Assembly: GCA_000002445.1 (NCBI GenBank)
Contig: CP000070.1
Span: 224,001 to 288,000, forward strand
DNA from: Trypanosoma brucei
Lineage: Eukaryota
Direction of reading: 5' to 3'
Length of the DNA: 64,000 nt
Shown: positions 31,683 to 41,230 of the stretch, piece after piece
How the letters are laid out: each line of letters begins with the position of its first letter
Numbering within the stretch: position 1 is the stretch's first letter
Position numbers and translations under genes: made by a program
The notes under the pieces: model-generated
Database searches by the model: none
What the model was told of the DNA's origin: nothing
What the model saw: only the letters and a program-made list of their open reading frames with translations

Positions 31683-33176
31683 TCTGTTGTGGTTTAGTGA
31701 CGCCTGTTGTTATTGTTCTATTTTTTTAAAATCACAAATTATCTTTATTTCAGTTGACTGTGTGTCTCTCTCTCTCCCTTTTTTTTGGGGGGGCTCTTCA
31801 CATATTTTGCGCCTTTCGGTTTCACTTTATTTATTTATTTTTTGTCTCAATATTTGGTTACCACGTCTTTTTTTCTTCCTTTTTACAAGGATGGACGATT
31901 TGTTCTTTTTCTCTTTGGTTCTTACTGACTTTGACGTAATCAGTCTTCTTCTTTTGAAGCTTTTTATTTCACCTTATTGCTGTCTAGTTTTATGTTAGTT
32001 CGTTCTTTACCTCTTGTTCTTAGTCTTCTATTTTCACTTCGCTAATTCCATCTGGTCCTCGATCTATGGGGAGTTGACAGACATTCGAATTGTTTTGCAG
32101 GTGTCTGACTGTTTGTGTGGAAGGGGAAGAAGGTTTCAAGGATTGCCTTGTTAGTTAATCATTTTGATTTTTTTCCGTATCGGGATTTAAAGGGGGGTTC
32201 CATTGACCACGTTGTCGATTCTGTGGTTTTGGGGCAATTAGCACGTGAGCTCTTGTTTATATCCCTTTCTTGAGTGCTGATTAATGCCTCGAGGAGTCAC
32301 CGCACGTCCTCAGTGAGGTGCGTTGATGCCATGAGGTTGACAGTTATTTCATAGCGGATCGACTTGCGGTTGACTCAGCGTAGAAAATCTTTTTTTCTCG
32401 AATGTACGGGAAAGGGGCCATCTTCCGGGGTATCCGTGTGTCGGCCTTTGATATCAACGGAGGGGCTGAACTTATTTAACTCCTTGTTGTGGCTCCACCC
32501 GAGGTTGCTTCCCAAAACGAGACTGGGGTTAACGCCGGTTACTTAGTTTGTCGAAAGCTCTTTCCACTGTTGTTTGACGTGGGTGGTGCTTTCATTTTTT
32601 TTATCCTTTGCGATGATTTAAATCAGATACGTGCATGTGTGTGCAATTCTGTATGCCGGTGGTGTAGGGAGTGGGAATGTATCTGCAAGTTCAAAGGCTA
32701 TGTTGTCGCTGTTTGTGTGTGTGTGTGTGGTGAAGGGTGGGGAAAGTGTAGTTGTTTACGAGTTGTGTGAGTGAATTCTGTCCTATGAAACACATTAGTG
32801 TGCCGATATTTGGGCCTCATGCGCTTGTTTTCTTAATATTGTTTCCAACTCCGCTCCTGACCCCTACCTTGTTTGTCAATTTCACAATGGCGTGCTTGCT
32901 GTTAAAAGTATAGCTCGCGGTGTGCTGAGGGAGGTGTAGCGTCGCTAAAACAGTTTCTGAGGTAAGAAAGAGGGGAGACACACGCATAAATATCAATACA
33001 CACAGGGCAACAATATACGGCTGCCGTTACAGCAAGAGGTCAAGGACAAAAACAAATAGCGTAAAAAAGGAAGGGTGTGGTGTTTTTTCCCCCTCCAGTG
33101 TATCTGTCAGCCCTCCACGCTGCGGTAGGGTGAAAGTGGTTCATACTCACAAAAAAAAGAGGGGGAAGTATAATAA

Positions 33177-35513
33177 ATGTCTGACAGTGGTGACGAATAC
33201 GAAAGGAGGGAGGACATCCTTCTGCAGGATGATATTAACCTGGCGGGGGCCAATGTTAATGGAGTGGACACTGATCCGTGCGGTTATTACGCATCGCTTG
33301 GCGTGTCGCAGGACTCCTCGCAGGCAGCGATCCGCCGTGCGTTTCTCCAATTAAGTCAAATTTTTCACACAGATAAGCACGTTGGTGAGGACGAAGAAAT
33401 TCAGGCACTTATGAACGAGCGATTCCAGCAACTGATGGAGGCGTACTCTGTGCTTTCTGACGAAGGGAAGCGGGCTGCGTATGATGCAAGCGGCAAGTTG
33501 GGTCTTAACCGCTACTCGCTCATTCCCAAAGAGATCACACAGAGAGAAGATATTTTGCGTTACATGTCTACTCTGGAGAGGGAAGCAGAACTGTTGAAGC
33601 TATCGAAATTGCTCTCTGCTAGTTCTAGGACTACCGTCTCGTATTCTGTCGATCATCTCACAAATTCCATGTGGAAACTTGGAACTTCTGCAAATGATAC
33701 TTTGCAGCAGCAGAGTAATGGTGTTGATACTGAGGAGGCAGGTACTGACGAGGGGGAGACGGAGACACCTCCTAAAGGTGACATAGCGGATGCGGCAAAC
33801 GGGGCGGAAGGAAGCAGTGCGCAACCTGTTCCACTCAACACGAGTGTCGCCGTACGAGAAGTGCAGCTAGATGGAAAGAACTTACTTGTGTTAATTCCCG
33901 GAGATGAGGTGCAGCAGCAGTTGCGGCAGCAGTTACAGCATTCGACTGGTGGTGGCAGTGGAGGGTCAGCGGCTCCTCTCAGCCCTGAGCAGCGCTTTGG
34001 TGGGGTCCCACTTGCAGCGAAATTACTGCTTGGGTTGTTACCCCGAAAACTCCATTTCGAACACTCCATCCACCACTATGCATCGCCGTCATTTAGTGTG
34101 CGAACGAAAACGGAAGCCCAGCACGAGGGGATGCGATCGGTTTTGCGGTGTACAGCGATAGCATCCTATCAACCCAATCCAGTGACATTATATTCTATTT
34201 CGTGGCGCCTGTCTGTCGCGAGGTTGCACATCGCTTGTACTTGGGAGCGCATACTCAACAACTTGTGGAGACTTAAATCAAAACTGGTACTGTTCAACAC
34301 CCAGTCTCTACTTCCCATGTATGAGCTGTCTCTTAAACGGATGCTGGCTGCTGGGTTGGAGATCGAAAACACGTGGGTTATGTCAATGAGAAACAGGGGC
34401 TTGTTCAGAACTACGATAGGGCAATCTACGCCTGAAGGTGCGCAACGAGGTCTGCAGTTTCTTGTTGGTTATCGCAGTGCAAATGTTTCTCTTTTCAGCA
34501 CTGCGCCTGTGGTGTGGGGGGGAGGGGAACCAGGCTGTGGGGGTGTTTCGAGGGGCGTGTTGGAGCATTCAGTGAGCGTAGATGCGTTGCGGGGCAGAGC
34601 GCACGTTGGCTTCTCCTCATGGTATACTATTTCGAAGTATAATCGGATTGGGGTCGGTTTTTCCACGGCCCTTCCATGTCCTCGTGGTCTTTCGAGGTAC
34701 GTCTCGCCATTTGTGGACCACCCCGAATACCTTTCTATCAATGAAATGTCATTTCTCTTAGGGAGGGGTGACCATCTTATTCGGATCCCTGTCGTCGTTT
34801 TCCACTCACCGAAAGTTCAAAGCGCCTTACTGTGGTTGACAGCTCCGGTGTTACTTTATCGTATTGGGCGGCTTGTTATGCGACCATATCAATCGGCTCG
34901 CATGGCGGCTCTGTATCGTCAAAATCGTTTGGACCATCGAACAGAGATGGATGTGGCCCGTGTGCGTGCCACTCACGAACAAAAGGCATTGCAGAGCAGC
35001 TCCCTCCGCAGTCGTATGGCGGAGGAGCAAATCGGTGGACTTGTTATAATCAATGCGAGATATGGCGTGCTTCAGCCGCGCTACCCGGAGTCGTTGGTTT
35101 TGCCACCGAAACAACCGAATGCCGCGGGTAACCGTTCTGAAGTTAGTGGAAGGCAACGGCAGACGTGGTGGAGGTTTTGGCGGGCGGGGAGGGGGACCCC
35201 CACGCCTTCGGAGTCCGTGACCGTGAACGGTAAAAAAAAAGACGAAGGTGAAGAAACCGAAGGCGATTCATCATCCTCAGTACTTGTGTTGGACGTAACG
35301 GTGCCGCTGCAAAACTTTGTTCGAGACTCTCAGCTTGTACTTCCAGAGGGATCCAAGAGTAAATTGGTTGGTTTCACCGACCCTGATCCCTTTACACGGG
35401 AAAGAAAGCAACTTAAAATTGTTTATAGGTTCCAGCGTCGGCGACATGTGGTTATTTTAGATGATGAAGATATCGTTCGACTGCCACAAAGGGAACATTT
35501 GGTTGAGTCGTAG
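33177..35513 (+). CDS. J-domain protein with a large C-terminal region. The J domain has HTD in place of the canonical HPD tripeptide.
   Basis: DPCGYYASLGVSQDSSQAAIRRAFLQLSQIFHTDKHVGEDEEIQALMNERFQQLMEAYSVLSDEGKRAAYDASGKLG aligns to the DnaJ J domain (YY..LGV..., KYHPDKN, AYEVLSD..KR..YD). The HPD position reads HTD. Confidence 0.75.
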   Translation: MSDSGDEYERREDILLQDDINLAGANVNGVDTDPCGYYASLGVSQDSSQAAIRRAFLQLSQIFHTDKHVGEDEEIQALMNERFQQLMEAYSVLSDEGKRAAYDASGKLGLNRYSLIPKEITQREDILRYMSTLEREAELLKLSKLLSASSRTTVSYSVDHLTNSMWKLGTSANDTLQQQSNGVDTEEAGTDEGETETPPKGDIADAANGAEGSSAQPVPLNTSVAVREVQLDGKNLLVLIPGDEVQQQLRQQLQHSTGGGSGGSAAPLSPEQRFGGVPLAAKLLLGLLPRKLHFEHSIHHYASPSFSVRTKTEAQHEGMRSVLRCTAIASYQPNPVTLYSISWRLSVARLHIACTWERILNNLWRLKSKLVLFNTQSLLPMYELSLKRMLAAGLEIENTWVMSMRNRGLFRTTIGQSTPEGAQRGLQFLVGYRSANVSLFSTAPVVWGGGEPGCGGVSRGVLEHSVSVDALRGRAHVGFSSWYTISKYNRIGVGFSTALPCPRGLSRYVSPFVDHPEYLSINEMSFLLGRGDHLIRIPVVVFHSPKVQSALLWLTAPVLLYRIGRLVMRPYQSARMAALYRQNRLDHRTEMDVARVRATHEQKALQSSSLRSRMAEEQIGGLVIINARYGVLQPRYPESLVLPPKQPNAAGNRSEVSGRQRQTWWRFWRAGRGTPTPSESVTVNGKKKDEGEETEGDSSSSVLVLDVTVPLQNFVRDSQLVLPEGSKSKLVGFTDPDPFTRERKQLKIVYRFQRRRHVVILDDEDIVRLPQREHLVES

Positions 35514-35945
35514 TTAGCCACCCTGCGTTCATACAGCGCTAATGTGTGTTTGTGGGGGAGGGGCTGAGGAAGGCGAAATATGTTTCAAGTCCGCCCCGGC
35601 TGGGTGTCATTATGCAGCAGCGGGAGACTCGGGAATATCTGTGGTGCCACCTCCCTCTGCGGAGGTGTGGTGTGGGGGAGGCTTAAACTGGTGTTTAGAC
35701 TGATTTGAACGAACGGTAGCGAATGCGGATGGTATGATTCGCTGTGTAATTATAATCTTTAAGGGTTTCCTTTTTATTCATTCGTGCCCTTTCACCGGCA
35801 ACGTAGGCATGCCGCCGGTGCCGTTTAAGCATACTTCATCATTTTCTCATTATAAAAGGTATTTGCCTTCCTTTGTGGTATCAACCCCTTGCCTGAACTA
35901 TTCAACCTGTCGTGTTGTTTCTTATAGGGGGCCGCTACAGGTTAC

Positions 35946-38027
35946 ATGACACGTTGCCGGCTCGTTGGTGCTTCTTCTGGTGGGAAATATATTTCTACTA
36001 CCAATGCAAAGACTCGCCCCGTGATGGGCTGTTTGAGGTTTGCCTCAAGATTGTCGGCCCTCGGATCGACTCAACAACCGAAGTTCTTCGCCCTGCCGCT
36101 GCTTGCAACAACACGTGGTTTCGGTCACCTTGTGCGCGAGGTAGATATGCGGGGCTTTCGAGGTGATTTTGGACAACTGCGACACAAGAACTTGGCGAGT
36201 ACACAACGGTATGTCACTGATGCCCTTGGAGCCAAGAAAAACGTAATATTTTGTGGTGCCTATCACACGGGGAAGTTAACAATTCTGAAGGCAATAGGTG
36301 AAGCGTGTGAGGCCCGGGGGAAGAAGGTCGCATACGTGTCGTGTAACCCTCAGCGCGCGTCTCGTTTCGGTGGTTTTTTGTTGTATCACTTTGTTGGGCT
36401 GCGTTACCTGTTCCGTAACGAGATTCCCTCACGAGACCAGTTGGATGGGGCGTTGGAAAGACATGCACGGCTTTGTGAATCTACATACGCTGGATGCGTA
36501 CCAAGTTTGAAGTCAGTTGATGTGTTGATATTCGATGCTGTGGATCAACTTGAACCCACTATTCTGGCGTCTATGGATGCGGTGTGTCGCCGTTTGCGAG
36601 GGAAACCGAATGACGCCTTTGGGGGCCTGCGTGTCTTTGCTGCAGCTGATTTCTGGCGTCTCCCGGTTCATCCCAGCAGCGACACTGGTGGCTATATCTT
36701 CCAACTAGATAATTGGGGGGAGCTGTTTCCAAAGCAGCATCTGCTGAAGAAAATCTATGGGCAGACAAAAGCACTTACCACACTTGTGAACAAGGCATAT
36801 TACGGCCAACTCTCTGCTGAGGATATTGAAGAACTTGAGGCGCGGTCATCGGCGGGAAGGACGGAAAGTGGAGCTGCCTGTGGTGGCTCAAAAAAGGAGG
36901 CTTCCGAGACAAGTGGAAGTTTTAGTGTCAGTGACGATGGCAGTCGCCAGGTGGAGGTTGAAGAGGAAGGAGCAGGCTCTGGTTTGTTGCCACCGCAGCG
37001 ACTAATTTCCAACGCTGAAGCCATTATCAAATTTACCTCACGTTTCCCGAAACAGCCGTCGATCCGTGTACTGCCACCGCGTTTTCGAACGCTGAAACGA
37101 ACGGAAATAGGGAATTACATTGTAAACATGATGGTTCAGTCCTCCACGCTGCATTCTTTTGGCCTCGTTGACTCACTGAACCTTGACATCGGTGCGTCCG
37201 TGCATCTCCTTTTTGATGGCACCGCAGACTTTGGTGTAACGGCAGGAACGGTTGGTGAGGTGTTGCAGGTAAAAGAACACGCGCTTGTTGTCCACTTTCC
37301 TTCCGTACATCGCACTGTGGATGTTCCTCGCATGCGAATTAGCGTTTACCACCCCTTCTACCCCGAGGTGCGGTATGAAGTTCAACAGTTTCCCCTATAT
37401 CCACGCCATTGTATCTCACCTATTAACATGTTGACGTATCATCACGCATACCAAGTGCACATTGACTGTCATCAACTTGCAGACACAAACGATCTGGGGA
37501 ATATACTTGCACGCATGCGTACCTTCGATGACTTTACAATCGAGCGCGTCCATGACTTTGCCCATTTGGATGGTATGGTACACGAGCCAACTCGAATTTA
37601 TTATCAGCGCATCGACAACCAACCCCTTTCTTCAGCGGCAGAGCAATGGTGCCGAAACTGCAAGTCTTATGTTTCAACCTCCGACTTCTACACCCACTGG
37701 GATAAGTGTGTTCGTCAGGTTCGTTGGTGTACCGTATGCAACACGCGTATCCCACTGGAACGGCTTGGCCCCCACCAGGAGAAGCATCAAATTGTGTTAT
37801 GCCTGGACTGCGGTCGTGCGGTTGAGTGGCGTCGGTGGGAGGGCCACCGGCTCACGTGTTCCGCAATGATGCGCGAGGTTTCACCTGAAAATGAATTCCT
37901 TCCGCTACGTACCCGCCAGCTGGCGTTAGAGATGGGTCTCGATAAACGTGATTTACATACAATGAAGGGCTTTAACCGCGGCATGCTCCCAAAGTCGCGA
38001 AAACAGTGCAACGGTGGAGAAGCTTGA
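35946..38027 (+). CDS. PIF1-family helicase-like protein with degenerate Walker A/B motifs (probable pseudo-helicase) and a C-terminal Cys/His-rich zinc-finger-like region.
   Basis: Colinear PIF1 motifs: [16 protein letters not shown] (vs PIF1 NIFYTGSAGTGKSILL; P-loop Ser/Thr replaced by Leu), [12 protein letters not shown] (vs ALVVDEISML; Walker B Glu replaced by Ala), [19 protein letters not shown] (vs FGGIQLIFCGDFFQLPPV). The C-terminus carries CRNCKSY...HWDKC...[45 protein letters not shown]. Confidence 0.65.
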
Positions 38028-38522
38028 AGGAAGAGGCTACTAGTTTTTTTGGTGATGGTGGTGGTGGTGTGCTGCATGTACCATGGATTAGAGAGGATTG
38101 CAGAGGGTCAAGTGATGTGTGTGCGTGCAGGTGGGGACTTGGAGGGTGGGGGGAGGGGTGCGTTCATCTCTTTATTCCGCGCTTAGATGACAGATTGACT
38201 TTAGCGGTGTACGACTGGAATGCCGACGTAGATATGCACTTTCGTTGCCTCATAGTCATTTTCGTATTCACTTCTGTACTGTTGTTGTCATTGCTATTGC
38301 CTTCATGTTGAGTGGTGTGGGTGCTGTTTTGCTTTGCATTGCGAGGTTGCAGGTTTTCGCTCTACTAGCATTATTACTGGTTCCATCTTGAATGCACCCT
38401 CCGCTTCATGTACACAACACGTTTCTTTCCCATAACATTCTGGATCCGTAGTTAGTACGACCCTTAACCCAGGAGGCTCCGTATCAGCTAGCCGCACTTT
38501 CCCCTCTTGGTTGAAATAGGAA

Positions 38523-39038
38523 ATGCCACCGAATTCGGCTACGCGTTGGCTCCCGTTCGTCTCTTCTGACCTTAAGGATTATCTTAACCGCTATTGGGCG
38601 GTTATGTTTACGGTCGGTGCGCGCCCAATAGAGACGGGCCACATTCGCCACTACGTGTCATGGTATTGTACACGGATGAAGGTGGTGCTTTTGGACCACC
38701 ACGTTTACGTGGAACCGTTGCGCCAACAGTTGCAGGAGGTGAGTCGCACCCCTGAGTTACCGCTTCTCTTTGTTAATAAGAAACTTGTGGGGACACTCCG
38801 AGATGTGGAACTGCTGGAGCGTGAGAAGAAGTTGAAGGATGTGTTGCATTTTGGTTTCGAATGGCGCGTTGGGGGGAGCGTTGCCGCCACGAATGGACAA
38901 AAATCTCTAATGGGCGCCCTTCCAGCCCCTTACGGCGATGCGGAATTCTTCCGTGGCCGTTACCGTGGCCCCCCTGTTGCGCGCCCGGTTGTGTCCCTTC
39001 CAACGTTGCACCCCTTCGCCCTCCGATCGGAGGAGTGA
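38523..39038 (+). CDS. Small glutaredoxin-fold-like protein lacking a CxxC dithiol (single Cys in the YC context).
   Basis: AVMFTVG...VSWYCTRMKVVLLD...PELPLLFVNKKLVGTLRDVELLEREKKL resembles the Grx beta-alpha-beta core (VVIFSK..CPYC..K.LL ... PQVFINGKHIGG). Confidence 0.4.
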   Translation: MPPNSATRWLPFVSSDLKDYLNRYWAVMFTVGARPIETGHIRHYVSWYCTRMKVVLLDHHVYVEPLRQQLQEVSRTPELPLLFVNKKLVGTLRDVELLEREKKLKDVLHFGFEWRVGGSVAATNGQKSLMGALPAPYGDAEFFRGRYRGPPVARPVVSLPTLHPFALRSEE

Positions 39039-39264
39039 TTTTTCCCCATTGCATTATACTCGCTGTGTCAGCACTTAAAAGTTATTGGTGTGATAGAATG
39101 GGGTAATTGTAATTATATATTGCTGCAAACCGAAAGAACGTAGTGGGTCTGCATTAGTGTTTTCAATTTGCTTCTTCGCCTCCCCGTGCCTTCGATTTGT
39201 TAACGGTGTCGGCAATGCTAGGTAAGCAGCGGCCTCCTTCATGGTAGAGGAAGTGCTGTAACAA

Positions 39265-40218
39265 ATGTCCTCCGGCGAACTGCAACAATCGACCCCCGGA
39301 GCGCCGCAAGATCTGGAAGAAATGCTCACTGCTCTGCGCAATGAGGCGGAAGCAGGAGCATCTGGTGGATCTACCAAACCCGAGAGAAGCCACCCAGCTG
39401 TTGCATTTTACTGTGGTAAACGTGCTGTGCGACTGCAGGTAGTACCAGATGGCACAGATATTTCGCATTCTGAGGACTCCACACTGTATGTTATTTCCCT
39501 TCATCAAGCACTCCTCCCTGCCCACTACAATGATTCATTTAGCGAGGAGGAGCATTCGTTACGTCTTTCTAGCTCTGAGGGGCTTGAGTTGTTGCGCACT
39601 AACTGGGAACTCCTACTGTGGCTACTCATGCCCTCTGTACAAATTAGCGCTTCGTGCGACCCGATGGACGGGGCTGATGACTCCTCACCAATATCTTCAT
39701 GGCGTGAATTGTGTTGTCCCTTGACATGGGAGGACTATAAATGTCTTCGACGACACGGTGTAATGGACCGCGTGCATTATAGTTACGTAGTGTTTCTGCG
39801 CTTCTACGGATGGCGGTTGCATAATGAGGAGAACGGAGTTCTTGACCGACATAGAAATTGGGAAGCAAGGTACAGATTACTCGTATCTCCGGATCAGTGC
39901 TGTAAGTGTTCGCTCGGAGGTGGTGTTGCTTGCGACGAAGTTGTCAGGCGTTGGACATGTGATGACGGGGTGCCTTGTCCCTACACCGCGCTAACCCGGA
40001 TTTTAAAGGTGTTGCTGGAATTGTGCTTCAATCGATACGCGGTGAATTTGGTTGCATTCATCATTGAAGAAATGAGCAAGGGGCGCTTGCTGTTTTTGCA
40101 GCAAATACTGGAAAGTGTTTGGTTCCCAATTGTCGTGAACTCCAAGCAGGTTGCCGATGCCGACAGGGATTACCTCAGTCGGAAGCTGCATCACCTCACT
40201 CACAGCGACTCCGACTAG
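39265..40218 (+). CDS. OGFr (opioid growth factor receptor conserved region) family protein.
   Basis: YSYVVFLRFYGWRLHNEENGVLDRHRNWEARYRLL ... YTALTRILKVLLELCFNRYAVNLVAFIIEE is colinear with the OGFr conserved region (...LLMLSFYGIRLEDRATGAV.RAQNFQPRFQNL ... NLRITRILKSLGELGLEHFQAPLVRFFLEE). Confidence 0.45.
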   Translation: MSSGELQQSTPGAPQDLEEMLTALRNEAEAGASGGSTKPERSHPAVAFYCGKRAVRLQVVPDGTDISHSEDSTLYVISLHQALLPAHYNDSFSEEEHSLRLSSSEGLELLRTNWELLLWLLMPSVQISASCDPMDGADDSSPISSWRELCCPLTWEDYKCLRRHGVMDRVHYSYVVFLRFYGWRLHNEENGVLDRHRNWEARYRLLVSPDQCCKCSLGGGVACDEVVRRWTCDDGVPCPYTALTRILKVLLELCFNRYAVNLVAFIIEEMSKGRLLFLQQILESVWFPIVVNSKQVADADRDYLSRKLHHLTHSDSD

Positions 40219-41230
40219 GGACGGCAAACCTATTATAGCAGCTTGCATTGAGGCCAAGTCCCTATCCTTGCTGCAGTGGTGCCATTTCTCTTCCAGTGAT
40301 TGGACCAACATTAACGCTAAGCGCTGGTGGCGTGCTTACGATCATGCACTATGCTCTAGCTCTGCGATATTTGTGAATCTGGTGCAATAAGGTATTACGA
40401 ATCTACTCCTTGTTCATGTAGATTTGGTCGCTTCTTCCTCTTTCTTTTATTCCGTTGCCGTACGACTGGGATACTTCAGAGGCTTCAGAGTTGGAGGCAT
40501 TTGTAGGAATAGGTCAAGGGTGAGTGTTGTAACGCCTGTGAGACAACACGTAGTCCCCAATATGGATTATCAGTTCTTGTGGGATGTGGAGTTTGTCTTT
40601 CCACTGGCTAGTTTGCTGCTTTCCTCAGCCATCACTTGGGTAGGTGCTCCCATTGTTTCGCGGTGGTTGCCCCATCTTCCACCGGTGGAAGAGAATGAGC
40701 CCCGATTCACTCGAACACCGCGGAAAACCCGTACCAAGGGAGACTAAAAAGCTGCGTTGTTGCCAACTTCCCCCTCCCCCCATCTTTCACATTCACATGT
40801 GCACGTTTGTGGGTGCCCCTTTGCGTAAGGGGCTCAGCGCTGACTACCCACACGAACCGCAGGAGTAAAGGGAAGTGCCTCATTTTTGTTCATGATCAGC
40901 CATGTCGTTGGCGCGCTTCTGTAGACGTGTGTAACGTGGTAAGTATTTTGTGCTTTTGTATTTTGCGCTTCGAGGGCCCGCTACGCACAAAAAAAATGCT
41001 CTCCTCTAAACTTCGATTCCTTATCTCTTGTGATGTCTTTACACTGTGCAGAAGGGGTAGCGAGTGTGGGGTACAGAAGGTGCTGTCGCATTGTAGCGTT
41101 TGCACGGTCGTTATCGCTGTTGTTCTGCGGCGATCCACCAAAACAATAGCCCACAACGAAGCGCAGGCAAGACAGTTGTTTGTTCAGTTTATTTCCTTCT
41201 CTTTGTCTGTTCAACTGTCTATAGTGCCAC

